Shown here: in pieces, positions 59,191 to 64,000 of the stretch
Numbering within the stretch: the stretch's first letter is position 1
Layout of the letters: every line of letters begins with the position of its first letter
NCBI RefSeq assembly: GCF_009914755.1
Contig: NC_060935.1
From: the human T2T-CHM13v2.0 reference genome, Homo sapiens
DNA: 64,000 bases
Direction: 5' to 3' (one strand)
Notes under the pieces: generated by a model
Seen by the model: only the letters and a program-made list of their open reading frames with translations
Database searches by the model: none
What the model was told of the DNA's origin: nothing
Program-made: the position numbers and the translations under genes

Positions 59191-59320
59191 ATTTGAAGGC
59201 CATATAGAGATCTGCCCACCAGGCATGAGCCATTCAGCTTGTTCAGTAAACAAGAGTGTTCTAGAAGCCATCAGAGGAAGACTTGGATCTTTTCATGAAC
59301 TCCTGCTGGAGCCACCCAAG
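59191..59320 (+). CDS. PPP6R3: Coding exon 7 ([43 protein letters not shown], 130 nt)
   Basis: ttgtttcaag|A acceptor, AAG|gtaggg donor; cumulative 975 nt; overlaps ORF 59141..59338. Confidence 0.95.
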
Positions 59321-60631
59321 GTAGGGGAGCTATGTTAAGCATGGCTGCCCAGCGAGTAATTTGGTTGAAACAGTCATTCGAATGTGTACGGGCCTTAGGA
59401 GTGGCAGAACTGGCTGTGGTCTGCATGTACAAAATGAGTGAAAAGATAACACTGCCAGTGATTTTTACTGCTTTTGAGTGGAGAATGGAGAATTAAACAA
59501 AATATTCATCAGTTTAGGAAGTTTACCTTTTCATTCTTCTGTAAATTCTTGGGTACTTACATGCCAGTAAAGAAAAAAGAATTTTCTTCTTGTAGCATAT
59601 TATTTTTGAATGTTTCAGGAAAAGCTAATCTTTCAGAAACGGATCTTTGAAATTATGTTTTCTTACTCAGAGTTGGAGCAGTGTATGTCTGATGTATAGT
59701 CGACCTTATTTAAGAAAGAGTAGGTTGAAGTTAGTATACAATTTGGAGAGAATATGATTTGGGGGTTTTTCAGTACAGAGCCTCCCATGTGCTAATTTTA
59801 AATGACTGTTTCCTCAGTGAAGACCCACAAGAGTTTTGTCAGCAGTCTATAAATGGTGTTCTTTCGCCCCTTGGATTGATACAGATTTAGATTAGGGTGA
59901 TAATCACTTGCTTTTGGAGTCTAGGGTGGAAGATTCAGTTCCATGTGAGTTCTGTTCCCAGCAACAGTTCTTAAGTTTCCTTTTTTTTCCTGCCCTATAT
60001 CATTGAATCTGGTGTATCTCGGTGGTTATCTACTGTGCGAGTTATTGGGAATTTAGAATACTAGTTTCTCACTTGTAAATTAGATGTTTTCTGTTTATTT
60101 AACTATTTGGAGTTGGGGGAGCACAGGATAACTTATATAACCAAGGGAGTCTAGTTCAGCTCCAGATCATCTTTTCAGATACCTGATGCCATTGGTGAGC
60201 AGGTCGTGGTTCCATCACTGTGCTCACAGTTTGCGTTACTCTGCTGGTTCCATTCCAGCCACATCTTATCTGCATTCAGCCTGTGTTGGATGTGGACCAT
60301 AGTGTTGGTGCTTGCCCTTAGGGAAAGTGCCTCTGTTGGTGTTTGACAATGATGGTCAGTGGCATCCTTCATGCCAGTCCTGGGAAGAAAAACAGAGTAA
60401 GGAAAGAAAAAGAAAAGATTTAGAAGAGGAGAGAACATCACAAGTGGAAGACGGAGGTGGGAGAAGGATCTGACAGGGAAGAAGGTGTGTGAGGAAGGGC
60501 CTGACCTGTGTCTTAGGTGGCCCACCCATCTTCTTTCTGGGTGGACAAACAGGTGGCATCTGGTTCTGGGCCCCGATTCAAAAGTAAGGCAGTGTCTTGT
60601 TTGGACTTCTCTGTTACTCCGAGAACTGAGT

Positions 60632-60717
60632 GAGTTCCGTTTGCACCTGGTTTTACTGTATGATATGTCTGTCTCGGAGTACCGTTTGCACCTGGTTTTA
60701 CTGTATGATGTGTCTGT
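60632..60717. repeat. 45-bp tandem duplication (2 copies)
   Basis: gagt(t/a)ccgtttgcacctggttttactgtatgat(a/g)tgtctgt at 60632 and 60677. Confidence 0.95.
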
Positions 60718-61100
60718 AAGTAGATCCATGAAGTTTTTTACAAAGCCTGCCAATTAGAGCTGTTTTCCATAGAGAGCAGAACTGTGGGCCTTACAGCTCT
60801 GTGAGTCCTCGGGAGGATGGGAGCCAGAGGGAGTGAGGCTACTGATGTGGATGGGGAGGGGCAGAAAGGGCAGCCTGCCCTAGGCTGTTACGTGCCACCC
60901 TTGCCTCTCAGACTTCTAAAGTTAGGAAATGTTCTGCTTCTACTTTTGTGATTTCAGGCTATAGAAACTCCTGTTGATGGACAAGAACAGGTTTAGATTG
61001 ATCACATTTCAGGTTTGTGATCCAGAGGCAACGTCTGAATTTGCATTTTTATCACAGATTTGGCTCAGACTGAGGATTGTATTCCAAAACCACTTGTAGC

Positions 61101-61124
61101 AACTACTACCACCACCACCACCAC

Positions 61125-61155
<31 letters not shown>

Positions 61156-61254
61156 ACTACTACCACTTCTTCTTCTTCTTTATTCTTCCTTCCTCCTCCT
61201 CCTTCCTCCTTCTCTTTCCTCCTCCTCCTCCTCCTTTTTTCTTCCTTCTTCCTT

Positions 61255-61256
<2 letters not shown>
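61101..61256. repeat. Compound trinucleotide repeat (ACT/ACC)n-(GCT)8-(ACT)n-(TCT)n-(CCT)n
   Basis: Directly visible; grades into the poly(T) tail of the adjacent Alu. Confidence 0.95.
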
Positions 61257-61549
<293 letters not shown>

Positions 61550-61901
61550 TAACTTCTTTTAGTTTAGATTTCTGGTCAGATTTTGAAATATTGTACTTTT
61601 TCCTAGGATATTCTGTAGCCTTCTGCTTTCTTCTCATAACAGCTTGGAATGTTGAGGCAGGGAGACACTTGATTTCTTATAAAATTTATGATCCAGGGAA
61701 ATTCCTTGCTTTTTTTTCCTTTTTCCTGCTTGGTTATTTCATTGTATCTTAAAGATATCAAGAGCAGCTTTAGATGTTGTTTCAGGTGTAAAATTCAGGC
61801 CATGTTGTTTGCAGGGTTTAAACTAGTGTCATGTCTTAGCAAATACACCATTTGCTTTGTTCATTTAACTGAATTTAATTGGAAAGCTTTTTCTTCTTCA
61901 G

Positions 61902-62054
61902 AAAAGTGTGATGAAGACCACATGGGGTGTGCTGGATCCTCCTGTGGGGAATACCCGGTTGAATGTCATTAGGTTGATATCCAGCCTGCTTCAAACCAAT
62001 ACCAGCAGTATAAATGGGGACCTTATGGAGCTGAATAGCATTGGAGTCATATTG
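61902..62054 (+). CDS. PPP6R3: Coding exon 8 ([51 protein letters not shown], 153 nt)
   Basis: ttcttcttcag|AAA acceptor, TTG|gtgaga donor; [19 protein letters not shown] motif; cumulative 1128 nt. Confidence 0.95.
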
Positions 62055-63660
62055 GTGAGATTTTCCCTGCTCACAGACATTTTAATTTGCCATTGATATT
62101 TCATGGATATTTAACCAAGTTACAACCTTACAAATTTACATTATGTCAGTGACTTTTCTTGGTCTGAGCATAAATGGTGTTTTATGTAGTTTTTGCCTTG
62201 AGTTTATTATAAATTTCGAATGCTTATAATTGTTCACTAGGCATCTACTGTTGCTTTATATAAAGAATTGTAACATAGGATTTTGAAGATGATTAAGAGA
62301 CATCGGCTTTTCCCTCGTGCTCCGTCTCGTGGACAATGACTGCTGGGTGCAGCATTGTTTTCTGTTCATATTTAGTGAGGGGACAAACCTTTATCTTCTT
62401 GCCACTGGGAGGTATCTGTATAACGTACCTGACGCCATATGGTCTTAATTGATTTGAGTCTGGATTGACTCTTCCTTGAGACACAGTTATTAGCCTGCTT
62501 ACTGATGGAAGGAGAAGGAAAAGCCCAGGGATGATTTAGGTCTCCCTGACCCCTGAATTCCCCAGTTTCAGAGTCTGTGCTTAGAATCCATAGGCCCAGC
62601 TCTGGAGCCCATGCTTCTTCTCTGTGTGCTGCCACCCACAGCACAGAAAGCGCGAGGGTTAACACTTTAGCAGGTTTCACAAGACATCTGGTCACATCAT
62701 ATATTTGGGGGAGATGTGGGGGTGTTTCAAAGGAGGTGTTTGTTCACTGTATGACAGGCATTGTAATGTTCATCTTATGTACACTATTCATGTGATCCTG
62801 GGTGATCTCCAGGACCCTCGGGTGAACATTACAGTGAGAGAGAGGATGTGTTTTTCAGATCATGCCCAGAGAGAGGATACATTCCATGGCTAGTGAGCGG
62901 TGAAGCCAAGATTTGAATTCACCCAATTTCAAACCCATACGTGCTTTATCAACCACATCATTGTGCTTCCTAGCGTCACCGAGATATTTTTGTTAGGTTT
63001 CAGCTTTGGGTTAAATCAGTATAGAGCACAGAAAACAGGAGCAATTTGGAAAAAGAGATGAAGATTTAAAGAATTACAGTTTCTTTGATAGCTAGCATGG
63101 TCATTGCCTTCTGGGGACGTAGTTTTTGTCCTACCTTCTAGTGTATAAAACTCCGGGAATATAACGTTCCTAAGTCATTGATCACTGGTCTTTAATTTTA
63201 CTAATAACAATATACAGTTATTGTTAATTTATTCTGTTAATCTTTAGGACTACTTCTGATGAGACTAAATTTGATGAGACTACTGGAGGAGTTACTCATT
63301 ACTTCTTCATTTTGAGATTAGATAACCAGACCCAACCATTTCCTAAATATGACATACTAAATTGACTTCCAAAATATGGCATTTTGTACTTTTAGAAATT
63401 CTTTCCCTTTTGTAATGCTATTACCTTTTCAAGTAATTTGAAAACCCTTGTACTTCCAGGAGATTCACGTTACTGCCTCTCGTATCCTCATTTGTTTTTG
63501 CTGATAGCTCTAGTTTTTGTATGCTGGAGTTGAGTCATGAGCACCTCAAGACTGTGGACCGTATTTTTGTGTATCTCTGTCTGCCATGTTGCATCTCATA
63601 CAATACCCTGCACAAAAACCATCAGTAAATATTTGTTGCATCAAAATGAAATTCTTACAA

Positions 63661-63946
63661 TTTTTTTTTTTTTTTGAGATGGAGTCTGGCTCAGTCGCCC
63701 AGGCTGGAGTGCAGTGATCTTGGCTCACTGCAAGCTCCGCCTCCTGGGTTCACGCCATTCTCCTGCCTCAGCCTCCTGAGTAGCTGGGGCCACAGGCGCC
63801 CGCCACCACACCCAGCGATTTTTTTGTATTTTTAGTAGAGACGGGGTTTCACCGTGTTAGGATGGTCTTGATCTCCTGACCTCGTGATCCGCCCGCCTCG
63901 GCCTCCCAGAGTGCAGAGATTACAGGCATGAGCCACCACGCCTGGC
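63661..63946 (-). mobile_element. AluY
   Basis: Diagnostic gcaagctccgcc...ttcacgccattctcc; flanks tcttacaattttt / tcttataaattttt. Confidence 0.9.
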
Positions 63947-64000
63947 CTCTTATAAATTTTTTTGAAAATTATAGAAAATTTACCACGCTAACTATTTGTG

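Noticed and set aside
60175-60753. 192-aa minus-strand ORF with an internal repeat
   Set aside because: The repeat is the 45-bp duplication; non-ATG start; no domain.

Overview
This is primate (most likely human) genomic DNA lying entirely inside one + strand gene, PPP6R3 (SAPS3, protein phosphatase 6 regulatory subunit 3). The window holds one 151-nt non-coding 5'UTR exon (14371-14521) and eight coding exons (32528-62054). All have AG/GT boundaries, their phases join, and they give 1128 nt of uninterrupted CDS (residues 1-376, [20 protein letters not shown]...NSIGVIL). The promoter, first exon and 3' half of the gene are outside the window. The rest is intron rich in transposon relics: about 31 Alu copies (strongly antisense-biased), L1/L2/MIR, MaLR LTRs, a MER11 solo LTR, MADE1/MADE2 mariner MITEs, Tigger/MER2, a Cheshire hAT transposase relic, and a two-ended Ricksha (MULE) element carrying two foreign DNA inserts. 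Almost all ORFs in the supplied track are Alu, L1 or repeat artefacts. I cannot support a wholly new biological system here. The best leads are: (i) a 5'UTR exon carrying a strong-Kozak uORF that stops 27 nt before the main AUG, (ii) the Ricksha element with captured fragments, (iii) a perfect miR-548-type hairpin, (iv) a CpG-rich, G4-forming 27-bp minisatellite, (v) a compound CTG repeat upstream of an in-frame exon. Repeat family names come from my recall of consensus sequences, not from a search. Repeat boundaries are approximate.
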